DNA of 64,000 nt from Octopus bimaculoides (GCF_001194135.2 NC_068990.1:70812189-70876188), one strand, 5' to 3'. Numbered from the stretch's first letter, positions 24,865-37,823 are shown. The notes: generated from the sequence alone by a model not told the origin. Translations and numbers: made by a program.

Positions 24865-25404
24865 CTGATAAATATAAACAGATAATTTTTAATCACTAAC
24901 TAAATATACAATATACTAAATATATAAACAATAAATGTTTAAGTGAAATTAAATCTTTATGTGTTTTTGAATAGCTAACATGTATCTTTCATTGTGTAAT
25001 TGTTTTAGTTTCAACACACTGTCTCAGATCAAATCACTTGTCTGGCAAGTGCACCTCTGAAATAAATATATCTTCTTTCATCAAAAGTCAATTAACACTA
25101 AATTAATTATAAAAAAACTACTACTTAAATCTGAAATGTAAAGAAAATATTCTAACCAAACAGAATTAATGATTTGATATACAGTAGCATTTATTGGTTT
25201 TTTGTCATTTCAAGTTAAGATTGTTTTTCAAAATTTTTTGTAAATTCACTTCCAACTTTGCTTCTTCATACTCTGAAAAGAAAGTAGTAACACAAAGATT
25301 GAGAGTATCCTTGGCATATTAGCTACCCTAAATTGGAGAGATGAACAAGGGGTATTGTTCACCTTGTGGTTTAAAAAAAACTTATAAAATAATTTTGTTT
25401 TTGG

Positions 25405-26174
25405 ATTTGAGTTTGTGTGTTGAAGCATATTTTGCTGTGTCTGGGGAGAGTCATTCTCTTTTAGTGCCTCACTGGTAAAGTTTCCTCTCAATTATCTATT
25501 TTTCCTAAAATTTTCTTTGCATTTTGCAACCTTTTCAATAGTCGTTGACTCTGTCCATTATCTGAGCTGTGTACTTTTTGTTTCTTTGTGCGCATGTATG
25601 TGGGTCAGTGTGTGTGTGTGCATGTGTATGGGATTTTGTGACTATGTACTGTGTCTGTATGTATGGATGTGTATCTCCATACATGTGGATGTGTGTCTCC
25701 ATATGTGTCCTTGTGTCAAGTGAAGTGTGTGTGTGCATATGATCATGTGTTTCAGTCTTCATTTGCATATGTGTGTGTGTATGTGTGATTCTCTGTTCAT
25801 ATTACCTATGTACCTATCCGTCTGTATATCTATCTGATTACATTCATATTCATTTGCCTACACATGTGCATATACAAAAAAGTAAACACACACACACATA
25901 CATCTACATAACAGCCCACTAACTATTCTACCTGCATATAAATATAAACTGTAGGTATGGAGGTATGATTACCTACTATGTATATTTCCTATGTAGTATG
26001 GGGGATGTTTCATTTATGAGGACGTACTCCTGTATTTGTCTGAGAGTTGGGTCCTTTGAGTGCTTGAATAAAATGTGGATGTCAGGTTGACCCAGGTTGC
26101 CTCCATATTGGTCCTTGGCATGTTGGAAGTGTATGGAGAACTGTCTTTTGTCGTCATATTTTCTCAAAGGTTCA
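25405..26174 (-). mobile_element. Penelope-like element 3' fragment (GIY-YIG C-terminus plus microsatellite-rich tail), left arm of a large palindrome
   Basis: Minus ORF ...LRKYDDKRQFSIHFQHAKDQYGG...DPTLRQIQEYVLINETSPILHRKY; reverse complement of 26191-27097. Confidence 0.75.
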
Positions 26175-27097
26175 ATGCTCCTAGACTAAATGAACATTTG
26201 AGACAATATGACAACAAAAAATAGTCCTCCATACTCTATCAACATACCAAGGGCCAACATGGAGGCAACCTGGGTCAACTTGACATCTGCATTTTATTCA
26301 AGCACCCAAAGGACACAAACCTCAGACAAATACAGGAATATGTCCTCATAAATGAAACATCCTCAGTACTAAATAGGAAATATATGTAGTAGGTAATCAT
26401 ACCCCCAATACCCACAGTTTATATTTATATACAGGTAGAATAGTTAGTGGGCTGTTATGTAGATGTATGTATGTGTGTGTGTGTGTGTGTTTATGAATAC
26501 GTATATGTATATGCACATGTATGTAGGCAAATGGATATGAATTTAAACAGATAGACATACAGACGGATAGGTACATCGGTAATATGAACAGACAAGCACA
26601 CACACACACACACATATGCAAATGAAGACTGAAACACATGACCATATACACACACACTTCACTTTACACAAGGACACATATGGAGACACACATCTACACA
26701 TATTGAGATACACATCCATACATACAGACAGACACAGTACATAGTTACAAAAATCCACACACACTCAGACATGCACACACAAGGAGACAGAGGTAAACAC
26801 ACACACACACGCATACACATAAAAACACATAAACACAAACACATGAATATGCTGAATACATACATAAACGTATACATGCATACATATATACATACATGTG
26901 AATGCACACACACACTGACCCACACACAAGCATAAGCAAAAAGAACGCAGCTCGGATAACGGACAGAGTTAATGATTATTAAAAAGGTTGCAAGATGCAA
27001 TGAAAATTTTAGGAAAAATAAATAAGTAAATGAGTGGAAACTTTACCAGTGAGTGTGTTAAATAATAAAGCACTAAAAGAGAATGACTCTCCCCAGT
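26175..27097 (+). mobile_element. Penelope-like element 3' fragment, right arm of the palindrome
   Basis: PRLNEHLRQYD...SILYQH...LRQIQEYVLI...LNRKY fits the R..EH / H / R...E...I / LN pattern of GIY-YIG endonucleases. Confidence 0.75.
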
Positions 27098-27344
27098 CAT
27101 GAAATGATGTTTTAAATGGCTTTGTTTCCATCTAAGTGGAACTTCAAATTAACTGACAACCTTTTCCTTGTAAATGTAATACATGGGTGTGTGTATGCAT
27201 ATGTGTGTATGTGTGTGCACATATACTAGGGCTAGGTCTAGACTTTCAAACCTTCCTGCTTTCCATGCAGGAATTTGACACTTATCCACTCTACTATGGG
27301 CAAGTAGTGCAATATATATGACATATTTGTAACATGGCTTATAG

Positions 27345-27502
27345 TGCAACTTGTACTGCTCACCTGTAACATAGTGGTTATGAGCATCAAAATCATAAAG
27401 ATGATATTCTTTACTTCCTACCCCTTATCCACCATTCACTACATCAACTCCTCAATCATACCCGGTTTTTGCAGTTGTCACCTACTCATCCCTACCTTGC
27501 CC

Positions 27503-27544
<42 letters not shown>

Positions 27545-28040
27545 CACACAACCACTTCCCCACATATTCTCAATTCTTCTGCACCCACTCCTTCTCATTT
27601 TGTACTTTGAAGCTCCATCCTGACACTTCATCACCACTATTTCATTTTTGTTCAGTTCTAGCCCTGTTGCTCCACCCTCTCTTCCATAATGTGAGTAGCC
27701 ATGTTGCTTCTCTACAGCAAGAAACCTGTCCTGTTCCAGTTCTTTCTCTCATTAATAAACCCCTCATCTCCAAGCATAAAACTGCTTCCCTCTCTACTGT
27801 AGTCTCATTCACTTGGAGGGAATTTTTATTCTTGCATGCTGTATGGCAACCTCACTAGTATTGATGACATAAAAAAAGCACCCAGTATGCATTGCAAAGT
27901 GATTCATGTTAGAAAGAGCATCCAGCCATAGAAACCATGCCAAAGCAGACAGTGGAATATGATGCAGCCCTCCAACCAATCAAATCTTGTCAATCGGTCT
28001 AATCCTTACTAACATGGGATGTAAATGTGATGATGATGAT
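27345..28040 (+). mobile_element. RTE 3'UTR and tail remnant
   Basis: Pyrimidine-rich UTR with (CT)n, then aaaaaagcacccag...gagcatccagccatagaaacc...(gat)n. Confidence 0.65.
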
Positions 28041-28148
28041 AATGATGGTCCAGCATACAACAAAACTACTGTTCCAAAACTTTTCACCATGTACCACACA
28101 GAGTTTTCTAATTTTAATTTTACTGTTTTAATATATTGCATTACACAA

Positions 28149-28190
28149 ATTTATTCAAGTATACACAAATTCATGTATACTTGAATAAAT
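28149..28190. repeat. Perfect 17-bp hairpin with 8-nt loop
   Basis: atttattcaagtataca / tgtatacttgaataaat. Confidence 0.9.
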
Positions 28191-28839
28191 AACAAGCTTA
28201 TGTCTACATCATTTTCAACAACATTAAAAAAAAATGATCTTTTTATTAGAAAATAGTTTACCAGTCATCAAACAAAAGTGCCATTATTCAACAAAGCAAT
28301 CATGAGTGTACTAATATAACATCAAATTTGCCATAAGCAATAGATTGTGTATATCATCTTAATTATTAGATAACAAAATTAATTGATTAAACATGTTTGA
28401 AATTGTGAAACGAAATTTTTTAAATAGAGTCTTTTTGTCTTTTAGTTATCTTCATGCATATATCTCTTTTTTTTTTATTTTTTATCTCCCAATGATATTT
28501 CTTAGATAGGCAATATTAATACACTTGGTTTTACTGCTTATGTTTATTGCTAGCTTGGGTTAGACAAATATCCTATAAAAACATTTTTTACAGCTGGATG
28601 AACTTTCTGAAGCCAACCCTTATCTGTTCTTCAAGTAAGGGGTCTTATTCCAGATGGTTTTTAAGGTATGAAGCAAGCCAACAATACTATTCAAATGTCA
28701 TAACTTACAAATAAGTGAGTGCAAATAAAAACAAATACAGACACACACATGTGCACATACACACACACACACACACACACATACACAGATACATCAATCA
28801 GTAGAAAGATGGATGGAGGGACGGACAGACAGATAACAA

Positions 28840-29010
28840 GTTTCTTTTCTATGTCTACTTAGAAGACTTTGGTTAGCCCAGACCAAATCTACTTAGGAGA
28901 CTTTGGTTAGCCCAGACCTATAACAGAAGACATTTGTACGAGGTATCATGCAGGACTGAACCTGAAATCATGTGGTTGAGAATCAAACTTCTTAACCACA
29001 TAGCCATTTT
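28840..29010 (-). mobile_element. tRNA-SINE 5' part with a 33-bp internal duplication
   Basis: ...ctgaacctgaaatcatgtggttgagaatcaaacttcttaaccacatagccat is the reverse complement of the SINE head; actta(g)aagactttggttagcccagacc occurs twice. Confidence 0.65.
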
Positions 29011-29948
29011 ATTTTAAATAACTTACACTATTGTAAGAGTATATATAAATATATGAACAAAACTAAACAACAGAATTAAGATTGATATATGCTGTCTTGG
29101 ATCTTTTTTAACAAACCCATCAAATGAGGAACATCCCCATAATCAGTTGGTGGGGTTGCCAGATTAGAAGAGCAGAAGATATGGGTAAGATTTTGACAGC
29201 TATTGTTTTGATGAAAGATTTGGTGATCTGTCTACTGTACAAATTGTGAAGAAGGAAAGAGTTTCGAACTGAAGGAAAAGTTGTCTGGTATAGATGAGAA
29301 GAGTGTTGTATACAACAGGTAACTTATTTGTGGATTATGTAGAGGTTGCAATGTTGTGAAGGTCAAAGTCCATTACAGCAACAGTAGAAGAGGCAGAAAT
29401 AGAACAATAGAACAGAAACACAATGAAAGAGGGAATGAAGAGTTTCAATATAAAACAGTTTATTGATCTGGTTTATCGATCAGGATGCCAGTGATCAAAG
29501 GAAGTGCAGTTTCCCCAATGCGAGAAACAAGTTTCACAGTGAAATACTCTGGGCTCTGGAAATAGTCAACTGTTGAGGACTGAAATACTTTATTCTAATA
29601 AATCCCAAGTCACTTTATACAAGTTTAGGCAATGTTAAGAATGTAAGTTGTTTTTTTTTTTTAAGTCCTAGGTCAGTAAACCTATGACCAACAGTATTCA
29701 CACTATGACCATTTCCTCTCATTTTTTCCAGTGAAACTTAACTATGATTACATAATAAATATACAATTCCATTTTTGAAACAATGCTCTCAGATCAAGCA
29801 ACCTTATAGAGACTTCCAGAAGCTACTGGAAATGGTAAAACCTTGAAGCATTGTTTTGGTAGTGATTCCAAGAAACAATGTGTTTTATTGTCTATCATCA
29901 CTGTCATCATCATAATTGTCATTGTAACCACACCTTTCTTGTAAGAAC

Positions 29949-30019
29949 AGGCATATGGCATAGTGGTTAAGAGCGCGGGCTACTAACCCCAAGATTCCGA
30001 GTTCGACTCCAGGCAGTGA

Positions 30020-30055
<36 letters not shown>

Positions 30056-30210
30056 TAACAACATTGAAAAATACCTTAGGAATGAGAACCCAGGTTCGAA
30101 ATTTCCCCAAGACACATGATGAAAGCTGGAGGGTATATCAGCCGAAACGTTGTGTTAACAATAAACAAGAGGAGGACAAATATCCATCAATAGTAAATAA
30201 TGTAAATAAG
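29949..30210 (+). mobile_element. Chimeric retroposon: tRNA-like head, (AAT)n, Penelope-type tail with hammerhead-like fold
   Basis: A box TGGCATAGTGG (29956), B box GTTCGACTC (30001), (AAT)n ~30024-30062, hammerhead-like core 30111-30156, AATAAA at 30160. Confidence 0.75.
30111..30156 (+). ncRNA. Minimal type-I hammerhead ribozyme-like motif, probably inactivated in this copy
   Basis: GACAC-[A]UGAUGA-A-AGCUG(gagggtatat)CAGCC-GAAA-C-GU-U-GUGUU. Stem I GACAC/GUGUU, stem II GCUG/CAGC, loop-less palindromic stem III ACGU. The first core C is A, and the base of stem II is an A:C mismatch. Confidence 0.6.
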
Positions 30211-31289
30211 AACTAAAGTTGTTAGATTACATAAGCAGAGAATACAGTAACATTTATTAATGACAGAATAAACAGAAAACAGCTTTTATTAGCAAGGGAA
30301 AGAAATTTTAAGAATATTGAAGAATTTATGCTCATGTTTTTCATAAGAATTAACAATTTAAAGCATTCTTATTGTAGGTATCTTCTAACATCAGTGTTTA
30401 TTCTCATCTTCCAAAAAAAAAAAAAAAATAGTGGTGAGATGGAGCAGAAACTGTAGAATGCCAAACCAAATACTTTCTGAGAATCCTGCCAGGATTCTGA
30501 GTTCAAATCCTGCCAAGGTCAGTTCTGCTTTTCCTTTTTTTTTTTTTTTTTTTTGTAGTTGATAAAATAAATAACAGTAATATATAAGAAAATAAGAGTT
30601 AATATATAAGAGTTAGCCAATTACTATCCATCCCAAGTAAAAGTTAATGATGCACCTTAGAAAAAAATTATTGACACATATTTTCATTTGTAACATCTGT
30701 TTTCTCCAACATAGGTGGGATGATTAATGCAAATTTAGAAAATTTTGTATAAATTTTGGGAATTTATGTTCTAACACTATGAAGTAGCTACATTAAAAGT
30801 GAATAGTAAAATGTCTTTCAAGTATAAAAGAGGCTCCAATGTTTTACACCAAATTCACGTACAAAGTAGGAAAGTCTCCTGGATAAAATGTTAGACTATG
30901 ACAAGTAACACTCCTAGATGATTTACTACCTATTTTTTAAGTTATATCAACTGTGTTATATAGAATGAATTGCCTTGTCTAGATACACAAAGAATCAATC
31001 TGCAACAGATTTTAAGTGACTAAAAGTATCGTCTCCACATGACCATTGTCTCTTTTTACAATAGTTGTATTTTATGATTTCACTACAGGAGTTGTAACAC
31101 TTTTAAGGCTTTTAGCATTTATATCTACCACTTTTCTGGTGTCAACCCTAGAAAATAAAAGACAAGGGTGCTATAGGTGTAAAGGAATACAACCTAAAGG
31201 TAAGAGGTAATATCACAAGATGTTTTTTCTCAATCCTTTTATTGGTGGTACCACAAACTGTTAATGTGTGCATGTACATGCACGCATGT

Positions 31290-31322
<33 letters not shown>

Positions 31323-31329
31323 GGCACAT

Positions 31330-31490
31330 GCACACACACACACAATGTACTTCCCATGGGCTTCAGCACTCACAAGGATATGGCACATGCAGGACAATGA
31401 AAAAAACACACTTGTCCAAGGTACCATGTAGTAAGCCCAATCACATCACATGATTGCAAAATTAGCATCTTAATCACAAAGCTATAATTT
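31330..31490 (-). mobile_element. tRNA-SINE 5' part
   Basis: acacttgtccaaggtaccatgtagt...catgattgcaaaattagcatcttaatcaca mirrors the SINE head. Confidence 0.5.
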
Positions 31491-32201
31491 TTATGTAGAA
31501 GAAAATAAAGTACATTGATAAAAAGGAAATACTCAGTGTATTGAACTGGTGATTTTAATCCAACATTTTACCTTCATTAGTTTTTGTTATGATTTTCCTT
31601 TAAAATAATATCTTATTTGTTTCTCAAGGAAATTGTTTACCAGCTTCAACAACATGGCTCTACCATACTGAGACTGATTTAGAAAGGTAAATGTTGCTCC
31701 AGTGATTAATTAAGGAGTGAATCAATAACATGAAAGTACCATAAATTGCAAAAGAATACAAGCAATGATTATTGATTGCCTATCTTTTAGGAAGGGATAA
31801 AAAGACAATCAATGAATTTCTATAAACTTCACTCCTTTATTTATTATTATCAGTAATAACAAGTATGAAACAATTTATGTTTGATAATTCAATAGTCAAA
31901 TTGTAGCCTTTCATTGCACTAGAATACAAGTAAACATCTATATACATTGCCTTGGTAAATAATGAAAGATAAATATGGTGCCCAAGTCTCTCCTTTAGTA
32001 TCAAATGATACTCAATAGCTTATTTAGGCCCTGGTTTAATGCTGTGAGAAACCTATATAAAGATCTGGTATGAGATCTTTTTTGACATACAAAATCATTG
32101 AGATGAAACTGAAATAGAGCTAATATTTACTTATATAGTCATAAATTGATGAAACTAACTTTAAAAAAGCAAAAAAAACAAAAAAACATGTAAACATAAG
32201 T

Positions 32202-32571
32202 GCAGGCATGGCTGTGTGGTTAAGAAGCTCACTTTGCAACCACGTGATTTTGGGTTCAATCCCACTAAATGACATCTTGGGCACGTGTCTGCTATAGCTC
32301 AGGGCTGACCAATGCCTTGCCTTGTGTGTAAATTTATGAGATGGAAACTATATGGAAACTCATGATGTGTGTGTGTGTTTGTCCTCTCAACACTTGGCAA
32401 CTTGTTTGTTTACATCACTGTAACTTAGTAGTTTAACAAAAGAGACACAGAGAATAAGTGCCTGACTAAATAAAAAATAAGTACTGTGGTTGATTTGTTT
32501 AACTAAACCCTTCAAGGCATGACACACACATGGCGGTAGTCCAATTAATAAAACAAGTAAAAGATAAAAGA
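32202..32571 (+). mobile_element. Full-length tRNA-derived SINE
   Basis: gcaggcatggctgtgtggttaagaag (A box) ... gggttcaatccc (B box), central (TG)n, 3' aaacaagtaaaagataaaaga. Confidence 0.8.
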
Positions 32572-33289
32572 AACAATCTGTCCATCAAAATTCATTCATG
32601 TGTGTAGATGTGTATGTGTGAGAGAGAAAGAGAGAGATGCAGCCTCATCTATTTGATGATTAGATAACATTTAATAGTATACAGTTAATATAAAGCTTAT
32701 ATTCTTTTTCTTTCTTCCTCTCATAAAACTTTAAATTAATAAATAAAACATTCAACTTCATAATATAGCTCTTCATAAATTTAGCTTTTAGCCCATCTTA
32801 ATCTTTCAATGAGAAAAGCAAACTAAAATTTTAATAAAAATATTCAAAATTACAATTATTAATATAAACAATATACAAAATAAATTTTTTCATTCAACAT
32901 ACAAATGTTTATTTGTGTTGAATGCTCTTTATAAGAGTCAAAAGTTCTGTTCATAGTTATAAGAAGATACAAAAGAAAGGTAAATTTTAAAAAATCTTCT
33001 TACAATAATTCACAAATAGCTTCGATTGGAGCCATTTTTCTTTTAGTACAAGGTTGTGATGATGATTATGATGATGCAGCCATAACCTTGTACTGTGTAC
33101 TAGGGCTTCTCAATTTCCCAGAACTTATTCCTGAGAAATCAAGTGTATGAAACAAAAGAAAAAAAACAAAAGAAAAAAGCAGATTTCCAGGAATTTCACA
33201 AGAGACCTCACATTTTTTATTTTCCCTTTTTAACTCACATGTTTAGTAATTCAGGGTTTCAAACATTAGAAAGCAGCAATCATCATCAT

Positions 33290-33535
33290 CATCATCATCA
33301 TCCTTGTTTAACGTCTGCTTTCCATGCTGGCATGGGTTGGACAGTTTGACTGAGGACTGGCGAGCCAGATGGCTGCACCAGGCTCCAATCTGATCTGGCA
33401 GAGTTTCTACAGCTGGATGCCCTTCCTAACGCCAATCACTCTGAGAGTGTAGTGGGTGCTTTTATGTGTCAGTGGCACGAGGGCCAGTCAGGCAGTACTG
33501 GCAATGGCCACGCTCAAATGGTGTTTTTCATGAAC
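33290..33535 (-). mobile_element. Young RTE 3' tail
   Basis: Close reverse complement of 43900-44135, with a (cat)n tail. Confidence 0.9.
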
Positions 33536-33639
33536 CTCAAAACATTTATTCCATTTAAAACACATGTATACTTATAGAGAAAACTTCTTAAAATTTACAA
33601 AAATTAAAGGAAATGTATTGTTGATACACACATACATAC

Positions 33640-33960
33640 ATGCATACAGAACCTTACAAACGTACACACATGCATACATGCATACATAGATATATACATA
33701 TATACATACATGCAAGCGTATGCACACACACACACTGACCCACACACATGCACACAAACAAACAAAAAGAATGCAGCTCGGATAATGGACAGAGTCAATG
33801 ACTATTGCAAAGGTTGCAAAACACAACAAAGATTTTAGGTAAAATAAGTAAATGAGAGGAAATTTTACCAATGAGTGTGTTAAATGATAAGGCACTAAAA
33901 GAGAATGACTCTTCCCAGACACAACAAAATATGCTTCAACACAGGAACTCACATAAAGAA
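33640..33960 (+). mobile_element. Third copy of the Penelope-like 3' tail
   Basis: cactgacccacacac...gcagctcggataatggacagag...ggcactaaaagagaatgactcttcccagacacaacaaaatatgcttcaacaca matches both palindrome arms. Confidence 0.8.
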
Positions 33961-34039
33961 CCTTGCACACCAAATCCCAAAATGAAAGAAAATATAAATT
34001 TTCCTGACTATTAAAAGATATTTCAATTAAATTGATAAT

Positions 34040-34330
34040 ATAGTCTCCAGAAGTATTGTTAATGGTGTTGTCACTTGAGCTTGATAATAATTTTGTAACA
34101 AAGAGTTCTGCTACAGAAAAGTTGTTATCTGACTCTTATCTGACTCTTTCTCGATCTCCCCACTTTGATGGAAGTTGGAGGAATAGGACAGAGGGCAAGG
34201 TAGAGTTTCTGCAGTCTAACTCTCTGACAATATTTAATTTGTAAATCATGACATTGTTGTCAACAGTTTTATTGATGGTAACATTTAATCTCTGTGGCAG
34301 GGATTTTTCTTCTGATGGTACCTTAAGCAA
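34040..34330 (-). mobile_element. Decayed Gypsy RT/connection remnant
   Basis: Minus frame ...PIPPTSIK...FL*...QNYY...VTTPLTILLE resembles the FLG...YY...PLT.LL region. Confidence 0.35.
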
Positions 34331-37222
34331 GTGTTTTCTATATTTCTAGTCTGACCAAAGCCTTATGAATAGATTTGATAGATGAAAACTGAAAGATGCT
34401 CCTCATCTGTGTATGTCTCTCTCTCTCTCTCAGTTAACATTGCACCATTGTCACGATCAAACAAGCAGCCAAGGGAAAATACTACCTTACATAGAAACAA
34501 TTGAGGGTTGGTGACAAGAAAGGCTTTGAGCTATAAAAAAAATATTTCTCACTGAATTCCATCTGCTCCATGCAAGCATAGAAAAGTGAATATTAAATGG
34601 TGATGGAGTGAGTGATTTAGTTATGAGTTCTAACTCAAGGGATTGACATTCTTCCAAACCATTTCTTTGCTATATTTGGCAACCAAGTTTCTGATTGCAA
34701 AGCAAGAAATGAGTCAAGTTCATCCCAAATCAAAGGAGGGTTATTTAAATATTTCATCAATCCAATCAGATTGCTATTGCTTTCTTGGCACATTCTCCCA
34801 GCAAGAGCAACATCAAAGTATTTTGTCAATTCAATTTTTCTAAAATGAAAACAAATATGCCTTTTGCAGAGATTTTGTCAATGTTATATTCGTTATCTTC
34901 CTTAATTCAAAAAGTTCCTTGATTCTGCCAATCTTAGATTTCATCACACTGAAAAGATGCAGTTTAGACTGGAAATTTGTGATTATATTAAATACAAAAT
35001 CAATATAAAACAGATTAAATGATTCTTAAGTTGAATTTTAATTATTATTTCTACAAAATAGCTGGACATGTAATATATTTTCTCCCACCTCATTAAAGTA
35101 AAATAGATGGACCAATCAAAATGATACTTGTAAAAAGTTCCTATTACATTTCTTGGGTTCATGATCATGACATCATTGATTCAATTCTTGAACCAGGTGG
35201 TACATTGTGTCCTTGAGCAAGGCACTTCATTTCAGTTTACTCAGCTGAAAACAACTACCAGCCTAGTGCTAGTGCAACCATTTCAACTGTCAGCTGTCAC
35301 ATTCTCAATGTTATGATAGGTCAAGGATTAGTAAGGTCAATGGGGCATCTATATCTGCTCAACTACACAGATACCGAAAACAATTAACAAAAGTATGGTT
35401 CAAACTACCAAGTCATACTAATTTATGAGTAACCACCATGGACATGTCATCTATTTCTGAAGTAGATATTATATAAAAACAAAGAACAAACTTAGTTTGA
35501 CCAATACTTTTAACAATCACCCAGTTTATTAAATACGTATGTGACTTCAAAGATGAGCCATGTTCATACTTCCAGAGATGCAAAGAATGAGCAGGCGTTC
35601 GGATAGCAAGGTGAGTAGAAAACAGAGAAAAGTGAGTTTGTAATATTTGTTCAGTGTGTATTTCAGAATATTTAAGTCAAACAGATGGTTTCATATCTTA
35701 AAACTGATGATCAAATACACAACTGAATGCTGATGTAAACACATTCTACAATATATCATCAGTGGTGTGTATTGGTGTCAAACTGGTAGGGAAGCTTACA
35801 ATCAAATAACTGTAATTCCTTCCTTTTGCTTCTTGCTGATTTCTTTTTTGTTTTCTGGTTTGTCAACCTTCCACCTTTTTTGTATCTACTTCTTTCTCAC
35901 CTTTTTTCACTTTTTCTCACATCTCATCATCCCATTTTGAGTTAGTTATGCCATGTGGGCAGTGTCTGATAATTGTGCTAGGACACCAGACATGTTAAAA
36001 CACTGTTTGGCATGCACTCAATGCATGAAACTAATAGTAGCACATAAATACATATACTGTGTTCATTAAATAATATATATATATATGATGGTTTTCAAAA
36101 TAATTTGATTTCAAACACGAGCATGTTTTCTCATTGCAAATATATTCTTGTAAGAGGTTTTATTATGGGCCATCACATGATTAGCATACAATTTGGTCAA
36201 AAACCACACCAACTGCAGTTCTGCTCTTGTACATCTCCAATGGTAGTTATGTTGATGGTAGTGGACAAACAATTTTGTAATAGTGAGTTCCAACCCATTA
36301 CATTTCGATATCACATTCTATTATGACTAAATTTACCTTCCATCCTTCTAGAGGGTCAATAACATATGTCATCAGCAATGTATATTGGTGTCAAACTGGT
36401 AGGGAAGCTTACATTCAAAAGTGTTCCAGTCATGAGCATTCCCTCATCTATTCCAGATATAATGCATCCAAGACCACATTGCATAATGTGTCCTTCCTTT
36501 TTAAAGTTGTAGGGGTGTAGTTTGAAAGATACTTTGCTGTCATCTCCAGCATGTCAAGCAACTACAGAGGCTTTCTTATTGGATCAGTAAATAAATGTTA
36601 GAAATTATTAACAGCATATTGCATAATCAGTAGAGTGTTGAATAAAACTACAGAATATGTGACTCCAATAATGATATTTTGTGATTGAAATAATGCATAT
36701 TTTAAGCCCCAAATGTGTATCTGTTATTAATTTCACTGTGGTTGTCTCTAATACTTTCGTTACTTAAATTTCTGTTTCTGAAATTTTATATCTTCTAACA
36801 ATTTCAACAATTGACAATACTGTTGTCTTACCAGTCATACACATTCATACACCTTCTAATCAATTAACTAAGAATGTATGTAACATTTGCCACACCATCT
36901 TAATGATTAATACTTTAGTTACTATCTTTGAAAGTTGTCCCATTTGTCTCTGATAGAATCTATACACTTGGCACCTTTGTCAGCTCCACTGGCACACTTT
37001 CTATTTAACCTATATTCCTTGTTCAGTAACTAACATCTCAGTTTTCTTATTTTCATTATTACTTAGAGAAATATTTCAGAGAAAATAAAGGAAAAGAATG
37101 AAGCATTATTAATTACAATTATTAGGTATAATTCATCTTTCATGAAATTAATGCTTCAACAAAAGTAATTGATCTGAAAACAATATTCTCTAAAAGTTAA
37201 ATATGGTATGTAATATGTAATA

Positions 37223-37269
<47 letters not shown>

Positions 37270-37274
<5 letters not shown>

Positions 37275-37823
37275 GCCTTGATGTAGTACCAGGCAGTGGC
37301 TCTCATAGCTTCTGATCTTAACTGATTGGAAGTGTTATCATGTACTTTGTTTTGTCGTGGTATAACAGATGGGCTACAGCAAATATTCTGCTCAATACCA
37401 CAGATTTGCTTGGCAGTTGTTTGACCATAACCAGTTGAGCATGTCCCTTGGTGGCTGATGATATGTTCATCTTTGATCATGAGCAGAAGTAGTGGGGAAG
37501 CATCATAGCCATGTGTTAAGAGGAATTCTTTGGAGTTTGAATAATTCACCTCTGGAAACATGGGTATTTCATTCAACATCCTTAAACAAACCTTATTCAA
37601 GGATCATTTGAGTGGGATGAGCTACTCAACCTGAAGAAAATTCTAACTGGGCCCCACCTGCAAGGTCATGCACTGTTTATCTTGATAAGAGATCACCATG
37701 TCATGCACATATGGTTGTGATGCATGTACTTGGTGTACCCTTATCAGACAAATAGTCATGATGGGTATACTGGGCTTTGTATATTTTATCCCAGTGTCAC
37801 TTTGATGGCATGCTCTCTCACTC
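37270..37823. mobile_element. Unclassified ~550-bp interspersed repeat flanked on both sides by (AAT)n
   Basis: (AAT)n at 37221-37269 and 37824-37865; higher GC than the flanks; no TIRs; no convincing ORF. Confidence 0.55.

Noticed and set aside
29949-30022. Functional tRNA gene
   Set aside because: Acceptor and anticodon stems are incomplete and the sequence runs into a repeat body; it is a SINE-type head.
34635-34850. Minus-strand exon with a good acceptor (tttcattttag)
   Set aside because: The frame ends in a stop with no donor and has no ORP similarity; it may be an unclassified transposase remnant.
37455-37500. Second hammerhead at ggCTGATGAtatg...GAAG
   Set aside because: No GAAA core and no convincing stems I-III.
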